Made by a program: the position numbers and the translations under genes
Shown here: piece after piece, positions 48,874 through 61,058 of the stretch
How positions within the stretch are numbered: the first letter of the stretch is position 1
How the letters are laid out: each line of letters starts with the position of its first letter
Source: an archaeon
GTDB taxonomy: Archaea; Nanobdellota; Nanobdellia; Woesearchaeales; UBA9642
NCBI GenBank assembly: GCA_020057295.1
Contig: JAGVGF010000002.1
Location: 128,001-192,000 of the forward strand
Length of the DNA stretch: 64,000 nt
Direction of reading: 5' to 3'
The notes under the pieces: model-generated
What the model was told of the DNA's origin: nothing
The model's input: only the letters and a program-made list of their open reading frames with translations
The model's database searches: none

Positions 48874-50088
48874 ATGAATATTATTAAAAAAAATATTTAT
48901 ATTATATTAACATTAAGTTTTGTTCTATGTCTATTATTGGTTGGTGTTGTTAATGCTGTAGGTATTTCTGTAACTAAAGGAGAAATAATTTTTGGCAATG
49001 TTTTAAAAGATGGTTATGCTGAAGATACATTTTTTGTATCTACTGATGCGCCATTTGACGTTCCTTTATCTTATGAATTAGGTGGCGATATTAAGAAATG
49101 GGTTACTATAGATCCTGATCTTAATGATCCGAACATAACAGTAACTGTTAATAATACTAAATATCAACCTATTAGAGTAGTTATTACTCCTCCAGCAGAT
49201 ACGCCTATTGGTGATTACACAGGTTTTATCAGAATAATTACTGGGGCAATAAATAAACCTGGAGGACAATATGGTACTAATCTTCAGGCAGCGTTTCTTG
49301 TTAGAATAAGAATTAGTGTTACAGGTACAGAATATCTTTCTTGCAGTGCTGGAGGTATAATTATTAGAGATACTGAAGTTGGTATGCCTCTAGAGTATTA
49401 TATGTCAGTTAGTAATAGTGGAAATATACGTGTTCGTCCGAATGCTACTGTTGATATTTGGAATCAGGATCAGACAAAATTATTAACAACAAAACAATTG
49501 TTATTTAATGATGTTGAGGTTTTACCGACAACTTCTAAAGCATTTACTAACAAATTTGGTGCAGATCTTCGTGTAGGACAATACTGGGGATACGCTACAG
49601 TATATCCTTGTGAAACTACACAATTAGTAACGTTCAATGTCTATGAAAAGGGTGGAATAGTAGATAATGGTGACTTTATTAGAATTGATAATCCTTCATG
49701 GGCAAAAATTGGTGATGTTTTACCAATAGCAGCAGTGTTCAAAAATCTTGGTACACGTACGGTTAGCGCAAAATTCAAAGGAGTCATAACTTCTGATAAT
49801 AGGATTATTGAAACTATAGACACCGAATTTTATGATGTTGCACCAGGAGAAATTAGCACTATACAAACATATTTTACACCTAAAAAATTAGGACAATACA
49901 TTATTACTGGTAGAATATTATATAATAATAAGTTAAGTTTTGAAAAAAGCTCTGTCATAACTGTTAATGAAGGTGTAGAATCACAATTTAGTTGGATATA
50001 TATTTTGATACTAATAATTATAATAATAGTTATATTACTATTGTTAATACGTATTAGAAAAAAGAAACATAAAATTAATAGATTATAA
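48874..50088 (+). CDS. membrane-anchored multi-Ig protein; candidate assembly chaperone/anchor (DUF916/WxL-interacting-like architecture)
   Basis: ATG 2 nt after the C3 stop; signal peptide then VGISVT; PADTPIGDYTGFI; NSGNIRVRP...VLP motif; C-terminal TM plus basic tail. Confidence 0.7.
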   Translation: MNIIKKNIYIILTLSFVLCLLLVGVVNAVGISVTKGEIIFGNVLKDGYAEDTFFVSTDAPFDVPLSYELGGDIKKWVTIDPDLNDPNITVTVNNTKYQPIRVVITPPADTPIGDYTGFIRIITGAINKPGGQYGTNLQAAFLVRIRISVTGTEYLSCSAGGIIIRDTEVGMPLEYYMSVSNSGNIRVRPNATVDIWNQDQTKLLTTKQLLFNDVEVLPTTSKAFTNKFGADLRVGQYWGYATVYPCETTQLVTFNVYEKGGIVDNGDFIRIDNPSWAKIGDVLPIAAVFKNLGTRTVSAKFKGVITSDNRIIETIDTEFYDVAPGEISTIQTYFTPKKLGQYIITGRILYNNKLSFEKSSVITVNEGVESQFSWIYILILIIIIIVILLLLIRIRKKKHKINRL

Positions 50089-50124
50089 AATATATTCAAC
50101 ACACTATATTAATAAGGTGATGCT

Positions 50125-50916
50125 ATGTTCTGGCCGTTTCATAAAGAGGTGAAGTTAGTATGTTTCGACATAGATAATACTTTATGTGATTCTGGTTCTG
50201 CAGAGAGTGAAACAGAAGCTTACATGGCTGAAATCATAGCTAAAGATATTAAAAAATTACAATCAAAAGTTAAACGTAAAATTAAACATTCTTGTTCATC
50301 AGTTACTATATTAAAAATTTTTAATGATATAAAAAATTCACATATGCATCATGACTTAGAACCAGAAGGATTTTCTAGAAATTTATGGTTTAAAGAAACT
50401 ATCGAACATTTAGATAATGATACTAATCTAGGTATAAGTATGAATACATTAATAAAAAATTCTGACATGTATGAAAAGAAATATTGGGATTTTCTGAGTA
50501 GTAAAGCAAAACTATTTCCCAATACTTTATCGACTTTAGATAGTTTAAGGTCTAAAGGGTTAAAGTTAGCTACTATAACTGATTCTGATGGTAAGAGAGA
50601 AATTAAAATTAATCGTATAAAAACTACTGGTTTAGATAAATATTTTGATTATGTAATAACTACTGACGATACAGGATTAAATAAGCCCGCTATAGAAAAT
50701 TGGCAACATTTAGTAAAAATTTCAGGACTTAAACCGTCAGAATGTATAATGGTTGGTGATCATCCAGATATAGACTTAGTTAATGCAAAAAAATTAGGTT
50801 TTATTACAGTGTGGACTAAAGAACATTTGAACATGGATTTACACCATAAATATGTGAACTATGAAATTAAAGATATAAAAGAAGTTATTGACATAGTTGA
50901 GAAAATAAATAGATAA
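50125..50916 (+). CDS. HAD-superfamily hydrolase
   Basis: CFDIDNTL motif I, ITDSD, KP, MVGDHPDIDL. Confidence 0.9.
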   Translation: MFWPFHKEVKLVCFDIDNTLCDSGSAESETEAYMAEIIAKDIKKLQSKVKRKIKHSCSSVTILKIFNDIKNSHMHHDLEPEGFSRNLWFKETIEHLDNDTNLGISMNTLIKNSDMYEKKYWDFLSSKAKLFPNTLSTLDSLRSKGLKLATITDSDGKREIKINRIKTTGLDKYFDYVITTDDTGLNKPAIENWQHLVKISGLKPSECIMVGDHPDIDLVNAKKLGFITVWTKEHLNMDLHHKYVNYEIKDIKEVIDIVEKINR

Positions 50917-50935
50917 TTTTCATTATTTGATTGTG

Positions 50936-51337
50936 TTATATGTTTTTTATCTTGTCTAACAAGTCTTTGTATGTGTCATATTCTATGATTTTTTCAGCAT
51001 TTTTTCTAAATTCAGAAAAATCTAAGTCTTTTTTTATGATTAGTATTATTTTCTTTTTTAATTCAATAGCTTTTTCTAATTCCAATTTCATTCCATAACT
51101 TGGATCTTCGGATTTTATAAACGCTAAGAATATATCTGTGTCACATAATTTATTCGTACAAAAGCTATATATTTCCTCTGTTGTTAGTTTCTTTCTTCTG
51201 AATTCTTCCTCGAGATTTATAGAGCAAAAAACTTCATGTTCGTTCTTTTCCAATATGTTTGTGATGTTATTGAGTGTTTTCTTTAATTCAGAAATATTTT
51301 CTCCAGTGAATCTGTATGAAAGAAAAATTTGTGTCAT
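50936..51337 (-). CDS. nucleoside 2-deoxyribosyltransferase-like protein
   Basis: IFLSYRFTG...DIFLAFI...SYGMKLELEKA pattern. Confidence 0.65.
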   Translation of the reverse strand: MTQIFLSYRFTGENISELKKTLNNITNILEKNEHEVFCSINLEEEFRRKKLTTEEIYSFCTNKLCDTDIFLAFIKSEDPSYGMKLELEKAIELKKKIILIIKKDLDFSEFRKNAEKIIEYDTYKDLLDKIKNI

Positions 51338-51810
51338 TAATTATTCACAACAATCAATCTCCTAGATTTGGATACGAAGTTCATCAATTTTCCATCTTTG
51401 TACTTGCCACATCCTAAGAAATCTTGTCGACCATCTGTATTAGTATATTTTGTTATAACAAAATGTCTTCCTGTATCTTCAAACTCCAAGTCCACACCTT
51501 TAATCCATTCAATCATTTGTTCATGATTTAATTCTACAACGTTTTTTGTAGACTCGGGACCAATCATTTGACTACCTTCAATACTTAATCTTAAACTTTC
51601 TTTATATAATTCTCCAAAGTACATTCCTATACTATCAATTTTTAATTTGTCATAAGGAAGTCTTTCAATGTTTCTGGATACTAAATATATCCTGTTATCT
51701 TTATTCATTAACATTATATATTCTAATTCTGTTCTTGTAGCATTATATCCGTATTGTTCTTCTAATTTTTCTAGAATATTCTTAGTCTCTCTAGAATTTA
51801 GAATTTTCAT
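51337..51810 (-). CDS. NIP7/RsmF-C-like PUA-associated ribosome biogenesis protein
   Basis: GMYFGEL...LRLSIEGSQMIG...KNVVEL...WIKG motif; directly downstream of aIF5B; start taken at MKILNSRE. Confidence 0.7.
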   Translation of the reverse strand: MKILNSRETKNILEKLEEQYGYNATRTELEYIMLMNKDNRIYLVSRNIERLPYDKLKIDSIGMYFGELYKESLRLSIEGSQMIGPESTKNVVELNHEQMIEWIKGVDLEFEDTGRHFVITKYTNTDGRQDFLGCGKYKDGKLMNFVSKSRRLIVVNN

Positions 51811-51836
51811 ATTATTAATGAAATGTATATTATGCA

Positions 51837-53624
51837 TTATACGCCCCAGACAGGATTATCTTTTCTCATAATCTCAGCTATTTCTTTAAGTAATGCGGTT
51901 TCCTCTTTTGATAAGTACTTTGTTAAATTTTTAATTTTTCTAAAATCTGCTTCTGGTATTGCTGAATAGTATATTTCTCCTTCATTAATTTGTCTTCCTA
52001 CTGTTAATCCTGGAAGTGATACGGCTGCCTGTTCTTTCTTTTCTAAAGTTTTGACACTTTCCTTATTTTTCTGTATTTCCTTAACAACTCCTAATACTGT
52101 GCCGTCTCCTTTCATAATATTTGTTCCCGATATTAATTTACCAGTCATCACTTCTACACCAACTATTGCAGGATTACTTGCTCTAAATGTATAATTTTCT
52201 AGATATTCTATCTTGCAAGGTCTTGTTAATCCTTCTAGTTCTTTTTGTTCTAACCTTTTATTTTCTTGTTCTTTCCAATTATCATAGTCTTCTATAAGTT
52301 TATAGATTATATTGCTTGTAAGTATTTTTACTTTATCATTCTTTATTCCAGAATCATCTATTATATTAAATCCTAATATTACCGATTCTGTAGGATCTTT
52401 TTCATAATTACTTTCTGCGTCTGTAATATCTTTTTTTGTAATATTTCCTACTGATGCTTTTCTAATCTTTATGTTTTTATCTTTTAATAATTTTATTAGC
52501 GCTTCTAAACTTCCAATAGTGTCTGCTTTAACAACAATTCCTTCTTTGTCAGTTTCCATTATTACTTCTTCTATCTCTTTTTGTATCTGTAATTTTAATT
52601 CATCAATAATTTTTTGTGGAGTTCCTTGTGGACAACTAATTAATGGCATTCCTGCTATTACTCCTTCTAGTTCTGGCGCACTAACTCTTACACCTGTAGC
52701 GGCATTTATCTCTTTTATTGATTGAAATTTTGTCTTCTTATCACGCATATCGGTTAATGCTTTAGGTTCAAATAACCCTTTAACTTTTGTGATTATTGGT
52801 TTTTCTATTCCGCCAATTATAAGTATGTCATTAACACGCATTATTCCATCGTATAATATTGCATCCATGCATATTCCCATTCCTTCAACATTCTTTATCT
52901 CGAGTATTGTTCCCTTTGCTGGACTGTTGGGTTCTAGATTGCATGTTAAAGTATTTTCTAGATATCTTTGTGTTAATCCTGTCAAAACCATTAATAATTC
53001 TGGTATTCCTAAACCTGTTTTTGCACTGCATGGAACGATTGCTAGCTGTTTCGTATAATCACATCTATCAAATCTTTCTGATTCCATCCCAAATTTTTCG
53101 CTAATGAATGCTACAACCTGATATAGTTTAGATTCTATATCTTGTGATACTTCAAAATTTTGCGCATTAAGGTTATCTAGTAATGTTTTCTGTTTAAAAT
53201 CATCATTCACTCTAAAACCGTTCATTAAATCTATCTTGTTTAATACTATAATAAATGGTGTCTTATAATTTCTTAAGATTTCAAATGCTTCAATGGTTTG
53301 TGGTTTGAATCCTTCATTAATATCAACTACAACGATTGCTATATCTGCAAGGTTTCCTCCACGTTTTCTTAAACTTGTAAATGCTTCGTGTCCTGGAGTA
53401 TCTATAAATAGAAGACCTGGAATAATAAAATCGAATTTAACATTTAGTTTGTCACAAAAATTTTTAAGAACATGTAATGGAACAATACTTGCTCCTATTG
53501 CTTGTGTTATTCCTCCAGCTTCAGTATCAATTATTGTAGTATTTCTAATTCTATCTAGAATGCTACTCTTTCCATGATCAACATGACCAAGGACTGCGAT
53601 TATAGGAGATCTACATTTACTCAT
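51837..53624 (-). CDS. infB: translation initiation factor aIF5B (IF-2)
   Basis: RSPIIAVLGHVDHGKS, EAGGITQAIGA, DTPGHEAF, NKID, KADTIGSLEAL; archaeal-type length. Confidence 0.96.
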   Translation of the reverse strand: MSKCRSPIIAVLGHVDHGKSSILDRIRNTTIIDTEAGGITQAIGASIVPLHVLKNFCDKLNVKFDFIIPGLLFIDTPGHEAFTSLRKRGGNLADIAIVVVDINEGFKPQTIEAFEILRNYKTPFIIVLNKIDLMNGFRVNDDFKQKTLLDNLNAQNFEVSQDIESKLYQVVAFISEKFGMESERFDRCDYTKQLAIVPCSAKTGLGIPELLMVLTGLTQRYLENTLTCNLEPNSPAKGTILEIKNVEGMGICMDAILYDGIMRVNDILIIGGIEKPIITKVKGLFEPKALTDMRDKKTKFQSIKEINAATGVRVSAPELEGVIAGMPLISCPQGTPQKIIDELKLQIQKEIEEVIMETDKEGIVVKADTIGSLEALIKLLKDKNIKIRKASVGNITKKDITDAESNYEKDPTESVILGFNIIDDSGIKNDKVKILTSNIIYKLIEDYDNWKEQENKRLEQKELEGLTRPCKIEYLENYTFRASNPAIVGVEVMTGKLISGTNIMKGDGTVLGVVKEIQKNKESVKTLEKKEQAAVSLPGLTVGRQINEGEIYYSAIPEADFRKIKNLTKYLSKEETALLKEIAEIMRKDNPVWGV

Positions 53625-53699
53625 ACTTGTTGGATAGAATAAGGTTTTTTAAAGGTAATGGTTAAACAACTTTTTAAATCAATATACGCTACAATAATT

Positions 53700-54827
53700 A
53701 TGAATATACTCTCAGAAGGCAAGGCAAAGTTTTATGCTTCTCAAGATAAATCAGGAAAAATTAGTAAAGAGCTTGAAGTATTCTATAATCCTCTTATGAA
53801 ATTTAATCGTGATGTCTCTGTACTTTTGCTTAATTCAGTGTATGGATCTGGTGACATTAAAAGTATTCAAATTGCAGATATAATGGCAGGTTCTGGTGTT
53901 AGAAGTTTAAGATTTTTGCTTGAGTTAAAAAAAGGTATAATAAAAAATATAACTGTAAATGATTATGATACAAATTTCACAAAATTATTTGAAAAAAATT
54001 TGAATTTAAACAAGATAAAAATTAGTGAAGATATAATTTTAAAAAGTGAAGATGCTAACAAATTGTTATTAGACTCTGTTGGCTTTGATTATATTGATAT
54101 TGACCCTTTTGGGAGCCCTAATGATTTTCTAGAAACAAGCATAGTTAGGCTTTCAAGGAATGGAATACTTGCTGTTACTGCTACCGATACTGCTCCATTA
54201 TCTGGAACTTATCCCGATGCATGTCTAAGAAAATATTGGGCAAAGCCGCTTAGAAACTATTTAATGCACGAAGTGGGATTAAGAATATTAATAAGAAAAA
54301 TTCAACTTATAGGAGCAGATCATGATAAAGCGTTAATCCCTATATATTCCTACTTCAAAGATCATTATAATAGGATATTTTTCAAATGTATCAAGGGAAA
54401 AAAAGCGGTTGATGAAATACTTAAGATGCATAAATATATGCTTTATTGTAATCATTGTTTAAGGTACGATGTTTCAGAGTTTAATAATTATAAATGTGAA
54501 TGTGGAAGTTTGATGATATATTCCGGCCCATTATTTACTGGAACATTATGGGACAAGAATTTGGCTGAACAAATATTTAAGGCAAATAAAGAAGAGAATA
54601 ATATTAAATTTTTAGAGACTATCTATCAAGAATCTTCTTTAGGTTTAGGGTTCTATGATATTCATAACTTATGTAAAAAATTCAAAGATGAAATTCCTAG
54701 TTTTGAAAAATTGATTTCTGAAATAAGAAAGAAAAATTATGTTGCTACAAGAACGCATTTTACTCCTCTAGGTTTGAAGACAAACATGCCTGTAGATGAA
54801 TTGTTAAAATTGATAGAAAAAAGTTAA
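53700..54827 (+). CDS. trm1: tRNA (guanine26-N2)-dimethyltransferase Trm1
   Basis: VFYNPLMKFNRD, GSGVRSLR, DIDPFGSP, VTATDTAPL, RTHF; ORF 53658..54827, likely start 53700. Confidence 0.93.
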   Translation: MNILSEGKAKFYASQDKSGKISKELEVFYNPLMKFNRDVSVLLLNSVYGSGDIKSIQIADIMAGSGVRSLRFLLELKKGIIKNITVNDYDTNFTKLFEKNLNLNKIKISEDIILKSEDANKLLLDSVGFDYIDIDPFGSPNDFLETSIVRLSRNGILAVTATDTAPLSGTYPDACLRKYWAKPLRNYLMHEVGLRILIRKIQLIGADHDKALIPIYSYFKDHYNRIFFKCIKGKKAVDEILKMHKYMLYCNHCLRYDVSEFNNYKCECGSLMIYSGPLFTGTLWDKNLAEQIFKANKEENNIKFLETIYQESSLGLGFYDIHNLCKKFKDEIPSFEKLISEIRKKNYVATRTHFTPLGLKTNMPVDELLKLIEKS

Positions 54828-54865
54828 TAATTATAAAAATTATTTTCTGATTTAGAATTCAAGAT

Positions 54866-55144
54866 TTATCCGATTATTCTTCTAATGTCTGAAAGTTCAA
54901 CTGATTGAACTCCTTCGATTCCAGAGATTTGTGCTTCTAAAGCATCTGTTCCGCCTAATTTTTCATCCATCAAGAATGTTATACTTACAGATTTTAATCC
55001 AAAAGCTACTGGTTGTACATCTACTTTTTTCTGTCTTTCATCTGAGAATGCTGTTATTAACTTTAATGCCTCATCTTCTATATGCTTCAAGTCTATATCT
55101 GGACTCTCAGGCATTATTTTTAATGTCGCTATTGCTGTACCCAT
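54866..55144 (-). CDS. ef1b: elongation factor 1-beta
   Basis: LKIMPESPDIDL, PVAFGLK, IEGVQSVE; GAGG RBS. Confidence 0.93.
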   Translation of the reverse strand: MGTAIATLKIMPESPDIDLKHIEDEALKLITAFSDERQKKVDVQPVAFGLKSVSITFLMDEKLGGTDALEAQISGIEGVQSVELSDIRRIIG

Positions 55145-55185
55145 TTTTTACCTCTTAATATATGATTTTATAGAATATCAATTAT

Positions 55186-55353
55186 CTAGTTTGGTCCTTC
55201 AAATCCGCACTCTGGACACTTATATTTTGCAACTATTTCTCTGCATTTTCCACAGCGTGCTATTTCGTGTTTGCCACAATTAGGGCACATGAATTTTACT
55301 GCACCTTTATTGTTTGTTAATGATACTTTACAAGTTATACATTTATCTGCCAT
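55186..55353 (-). CDS. Zn-ribbon protein (DUF1610/HVO_2753 family), not in ORF track
   Basis: MADKCITCKVSLTNNKGAVKFMCPNCGKHEIARCGKCREIVAKYKCPECGFEGPN; usual position upstream of aEF-1beta. Confidence 0.9.
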   Translation of the reverse strand: MADKCITCKVSLTNNKGAVKFMCPNCGKHEIARCGKCREIVAKYKCPECGFEGPN

Positions 55354-55454
55354 ATTAATCACAGTAAAAGGAATTTTAGGGTATTTATAAATCTTATTTT
55401 TTTACTGACTGCCTTATAGTTCAATATGATTTATACAAGTGTATCTTAGAATGC

Positions 55455-56279
55455 TTAAAGTTGAACGATTATAGATTTGTGTTTACCTTCGATTTCTGTT
55501 ATTTCCTTCTTAATTTTTTCAATATGTTTATTCGCTTCTATTTCTCCTTTCTTCATTAATTCTGTTAAATCGTCAAATTCCATAACTCCGTGATATTCTA
55601 TATCTGGTTTAATGAGCGTGTAGGGTACACTGCATCCTTCTAAACTTTTTTCAACTATCACGCGTTGCATTGTGAGTGATGCTTGTAATACAACATCTTT
55701 AAAATTGCTATCTTCATTAATTTTGATGTTTTGTTTAGAAACATCCACAAGTATGAGATAATCTACATCTGTTAATAGGTTGAATGGTAATGGATTAACA
55801 ACTCCTCCATCTACACATATATTGCCATTAATTTTTCTTGTCGTAAAAAATCCTGGATATGATAAAGAAGCCATTACTGCGGGAACTAATGGTCCACTGC
55901 CGAATATTATCTCTCTTTGACTAACTATGTCTGTGGCGTTTATAAAAAGTGGTATCTTTAAATCTTCAAATTTGAAAACTTTTTTTGGACTGTCGTTGAA
56001 ATATTCTGAGATATATTTTTCTAATTTTTGACCTTTAATCAGTCCTTTTGTTGAGAATGAATAATCATATATATCTTTTTTTCCTTTGATTTTTATAAGT
56101 AATTGTTCTATAGCTTCAGGATCTGGATCATGTGCATAACATGCACCTATTAATGCACCTATACTACATCCAGCAATAGTATGTACTTGAATATTATGTT
56201 TTTTTAAAACTTTTAATGCTCCAAGTTCTGCAAAACCTCTTGCTCCTCCACCGCTTAAAACCAATCCTATCTTGACCAT
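55455..56279 (-). CDS. patatin-like phospholipase
   Basis: LSGGGARG, GCSIG nucleophile elbow, VDGG. Confidence 0.92.
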   Translation of the reverse strand: MVKIGLVLSGGGARGFAELGALKVLKKHNIQVHTIAGCSIGALIGACYAHDPDPEAIEQLLIKIKGKKDIYDYSFSTKGLIKGQKLEKYISEYFNDSPKKVFKFEDLKIPLFINATDIVSQREIIFGSGPLVPAVMASLSYPGFFTTRKINGNICVDGGVVNPLPFNLLTDVDYLILVDVSKQNIKINEDSNFKDVVLQASLTMQRVIVEKSLEGCSVPYTLIKPDIEYHGVMEFDDLTELMKKGEIEANKHIEKIKKEITEIEGKHKSIIVQL

Positions 56280-56328
56280 GTTACACTATCAGATATTTGT
56301 ATATATAAATTATTTGAATTATATTTTT

Positions 56329-56910
56329 TTACAATCCTATAATCTTCCATAATCCGCTAAATACTGTAAATCCATCAAACATTGGTATTGGAAGCATGTT
56401 GAATATGAACAAGAATAAGTTTATATTTTTTGTTAGCGTCCAGAATTGTATGTGTTTTATTTTCAACTTTTTATTATATTTTAATACCAGATATCCTGTT
56501 ATAAATAATATTAGATTAATTCCTGGACCTGCAAATGCTATTAGTGTCTGCTGTAATGCCGTAGCACTACCGCTTATACTTACATATGCTGGCACGAAGA
56601 ATATGAATGGAAAACTTACAAGTTTTAATATTACTGCAAGTATTAACCAGAAATATGCTGCGTTAAAAACTGCGTCGAGTCCAAAACTTAATGCAGTAAT
56701 TTTGTGTCCTATCTCGTGTATTATGATTGCTGGCGCTGTTACCATTGCTGCAAACCAGAATGCGTGCCAATCAAATCCTTTATTTTTCTTAAGATATTTT
56801 TCTAAAATGTCTTCATTAGTTTTAATAGGTTTAAATGCGTCCATGAACACAAATCCGATAGCAAAAACCATTAGTATCGCATCGAATATTTCCATTGGTG
56901 ATATGAACAT
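56329..56910 (-). CDS. site-2 protease (M50 family)
   Basis: HEIGH, AGP, FNMLPIPMFDG within a multi-TM protein. Confidence 0.9.
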   Translation of the reverse strand: MFISPMEIFDAILMVFAIGFVFMDAFKPIKTNEDILEKYLKKNKGFDWHAFWFAAMVTAPAIIIHEIGHKITALSFGLDAVFNAAYFWLILAVILKLVSFPFIFFVPAYVSISGSATALQQTLIAFAGPGINLILFITGYLVLKYNKKLKIKHIQFWTLTKNINLFLFIFNMLPIPMFDGFTVFSGLWKIIGL

Positions 56911-56953
56911 AGTATGATAGAATTGTTACTCATTTTTAAATATTTCTAATGTA

Positions 56954-58258
56954 TTATTTCTTATCTACAATCTTATACACTTGATCGTTCTTTCGAACTT
57001 TTTGAGAAACTTTTAGTCCAATTGTTAGTCCTTTCTTTGTCTTGTCTACAAATCCTTTTTCATCTTTCATTTCTGTAACCGTTGATTCGTAATGTCCTGT
57101 TGTTGGTCCATGAATAATTATTGAGTCGCCTTTTGATATTGCATTATCTTCAATAAGTATTTCTGCAACATTTATTTTAGGATAATAATTTAGAATTTTA
57201 CCCACATAAATCTTTATCTTTGTGGCTTCGCCTGTTCTAGAACTTGACCATTCATTCAAAGGTTTTCCTAGATAAAATCCTTTGGAAAATCCTCTGTTAA
57301 ATACTGTTTTTAGTTTTTCTAGATTAGATTTCTTTAATTCCTCAAATTTTTGGTCCTTGCCGTTTTCTAAATAATAATCTATAACTTCTCTATATGCTTT
57401 TACCGTAGTATATACATAATCTGGTGTTCTGTTTCTTCCTTCGATTTTGAATGATACAATTCCTGAATCTATTAATTGCTCTATAAATTCTAATGTACAC
57501 ATGTCCTTTGGACTGATTACAGCATCTTCTCCTAGTAAAAATTCATTATCTTTATCTAATGAGTCTGATGATGATATTCTATACTGTTTGTTTTCATTAG
57601 GATTTTGTTCATAAACCTTGTAATTTCTTCTACATGGTTGTAAACACTCGCCACGATTTGCACTTTTACCAAATAAATGGTGGCTAAGCATGCATCTTCC
57701 TGATACTGAAACACACATTGCGCCATGAATAAATGTTTCAATTTCAACATCCAATTTATCTTTCTTAATTTTCTTGATTATTTCTTTAATATCATCAAGT
57801 GAACATTCTCTTGCGAGAACTACTCGTTTTAATGTAGGAATATTTTTCTTGAAGAATTTTATAGATTCATAATTGCTTATAGAATTTTGTGTTGAAAGAT
57901 GTGTTTCAATCTTATACTTGACGCATAATTGTATTACTGACATATCCCAACAGATTATTGCATCAACACCAGCATTCTTTGCAGCTTTTACAACTTTCTC
58001 CGTCTCTTTTAACTCTTTATCATATATTATGATATTTAACGCTAGAAACGCTTTAACGCCTGTTTTATGACATATGCTAACAATTTTTTTTAGATCTTGA
58101 AGTGTAAAATTTCTTGCAGTTGCACGCATATTAAATCCTTTAATCCCAAAATATACTTCATCGCATCCAGCATCAATTGCTGCTTGAAGTGTAGTAAAAT
58201 CATTAATTGGGGCAAGAATCTTAGGTTTAATAGATTTAATCTTATTAGTTTTAGTCAT
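56954..58258 (-). CDS. peptidase U32-family protein (TrhP/RlhA-like Fe-S hydroxylase)
   Basis: ETFIHGAMCVSVSGRC, ANRGECLQPCR, FKIEGR. Confidence 0.9.
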   Translation of the reverse strand: MTKTNKIKSIKPKILAPINDFTTLQAAIDAGCDEVYFGIKGFNMRATARNFTLQDLKKIVSICHKTGVKAFLALNIIIYDKELKETEKVVKAAKNAGVDAIICWDMSVIQLCVKYKIETHLSTQNSISNYESIKFFKKNIPTLKRVVLARECSLDDIKEIIKKIKKDKLDVEIETFIHGAMCVSVSGRCMLSHHLFGKSANRGECLQPCRRNYKVYEQNPNENKQYRISSSDSLDKDNEFLLGEDAVISPKDMCTLEFIEQLIDSGIVSFKIEGRNRTPDYVYTTVKAYREVIDYYLENGKDQKFEELKKSNLEKLKTVFNRGFSKGFYLGKPLNEWSSSRTGEATKIKIYVGKILNYYPKINVAEILIEDNAISKGDSIIIHGPTTGHYESTVTEMKDEKGFVDKTKKGLTIGLKVSQKVRKNDQVYKIVDKK

Positions 58259-58295
58259 GTTCGTAGAATTGATTTACAGAATAAAAAATTAACGT

Positions 58296-58436
58296 TTATT
58301 CAACGTCCTTTAATCCAAGTTCTTTACGAACGCAGTGTGCTATAAAGTCTTCGTGAGTCTCGAATTTCTTATCTATCTTGATTTTTTTGTCTACAGCTTT
58401 ATTCAATTCAAGATTTTCGCCTTGTTCAAACTTCAT
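58296..58436 (-). CDS. 46-aa small protein, possibly RHH-like, not in ORF track
   Basis: GGTGA RBS; MKFEQGENLELNKAVDKKIKIDKKFETHEDFIAHCVRKELGLKDVE fills the gap between gyrB and the U32 gene. Confidence 0.55.
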   Translation of the reverse strand: MKFEQGENLELNKAVDKKIKIDKKFETHEDFIAHCVRKELGLKDVE

Positions 58437-58489
58437 TTTTTCACCTTTATTATTTGTATAAACTATATTTTTGAGACTTTACTATTATT

Positions 58490-60466
<1,977 letters not shown>

Positions 60467-60959
60467 TCATAAATTTTTACAATAAAATCTCGACTAAAAA
60501 TTATATAATTGAAGAAGCTATATTTGTTTATAAATGTTGTTGTTGACTTTTTTGATATCTGTCGTCGAGAAAAATTGTTGTTAAATGTTTTTAATTGTTA
60601 TTTTATTAGACAGATTTATTTATTTTTATTACTTAGTTTCAGTATTTTTATCTTATTCACATGTTATTTATTTTTTTGATTAGTGATTATTTTTATTTTA
60701 TTATTTCTGATTTTATTTTTATTTTTTTCAATAATTTTTTATATTATTTTGTAAAACAATACTAAATAATCTGTTTTTTAATTTTTTTTTAATAGACGAG
60801 AAATTTCTTTATAAATATTTTTTATGGTTTTAATTAATATTTTCAGTCGATATTTTAAATAAGAAACTATTTAAATGAGTTCCCTTATAAAGTATTTCAT
60901 AAAACATTAAAAACGTTTTTGATAACTAAAATATTTTTTTAACAAACAAAAAATCTAAA

Positions 60960-61058
60960 ATGTCTTACGATAAAAAAATTTTGCGTGATGAATCGAACGT
61001 CAAGGGAGACCCTTGGTATAATCTTAAGTCATATTTCTCCGATGGTGATGATGAGTGA
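60960..61058 (+). CDS. putative 32-aa peptide overlapping the ATP-grasp start
   Basis: MSYDKKILRDESNVKGDPWYNLKSYFSDGDDE; its TGA overlaps the GTG start at 61055 (GTGA). Confidence 0.4.
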   Translation: MSYDKKILRDESNVKGDPWYNLKSYFSDGDDE

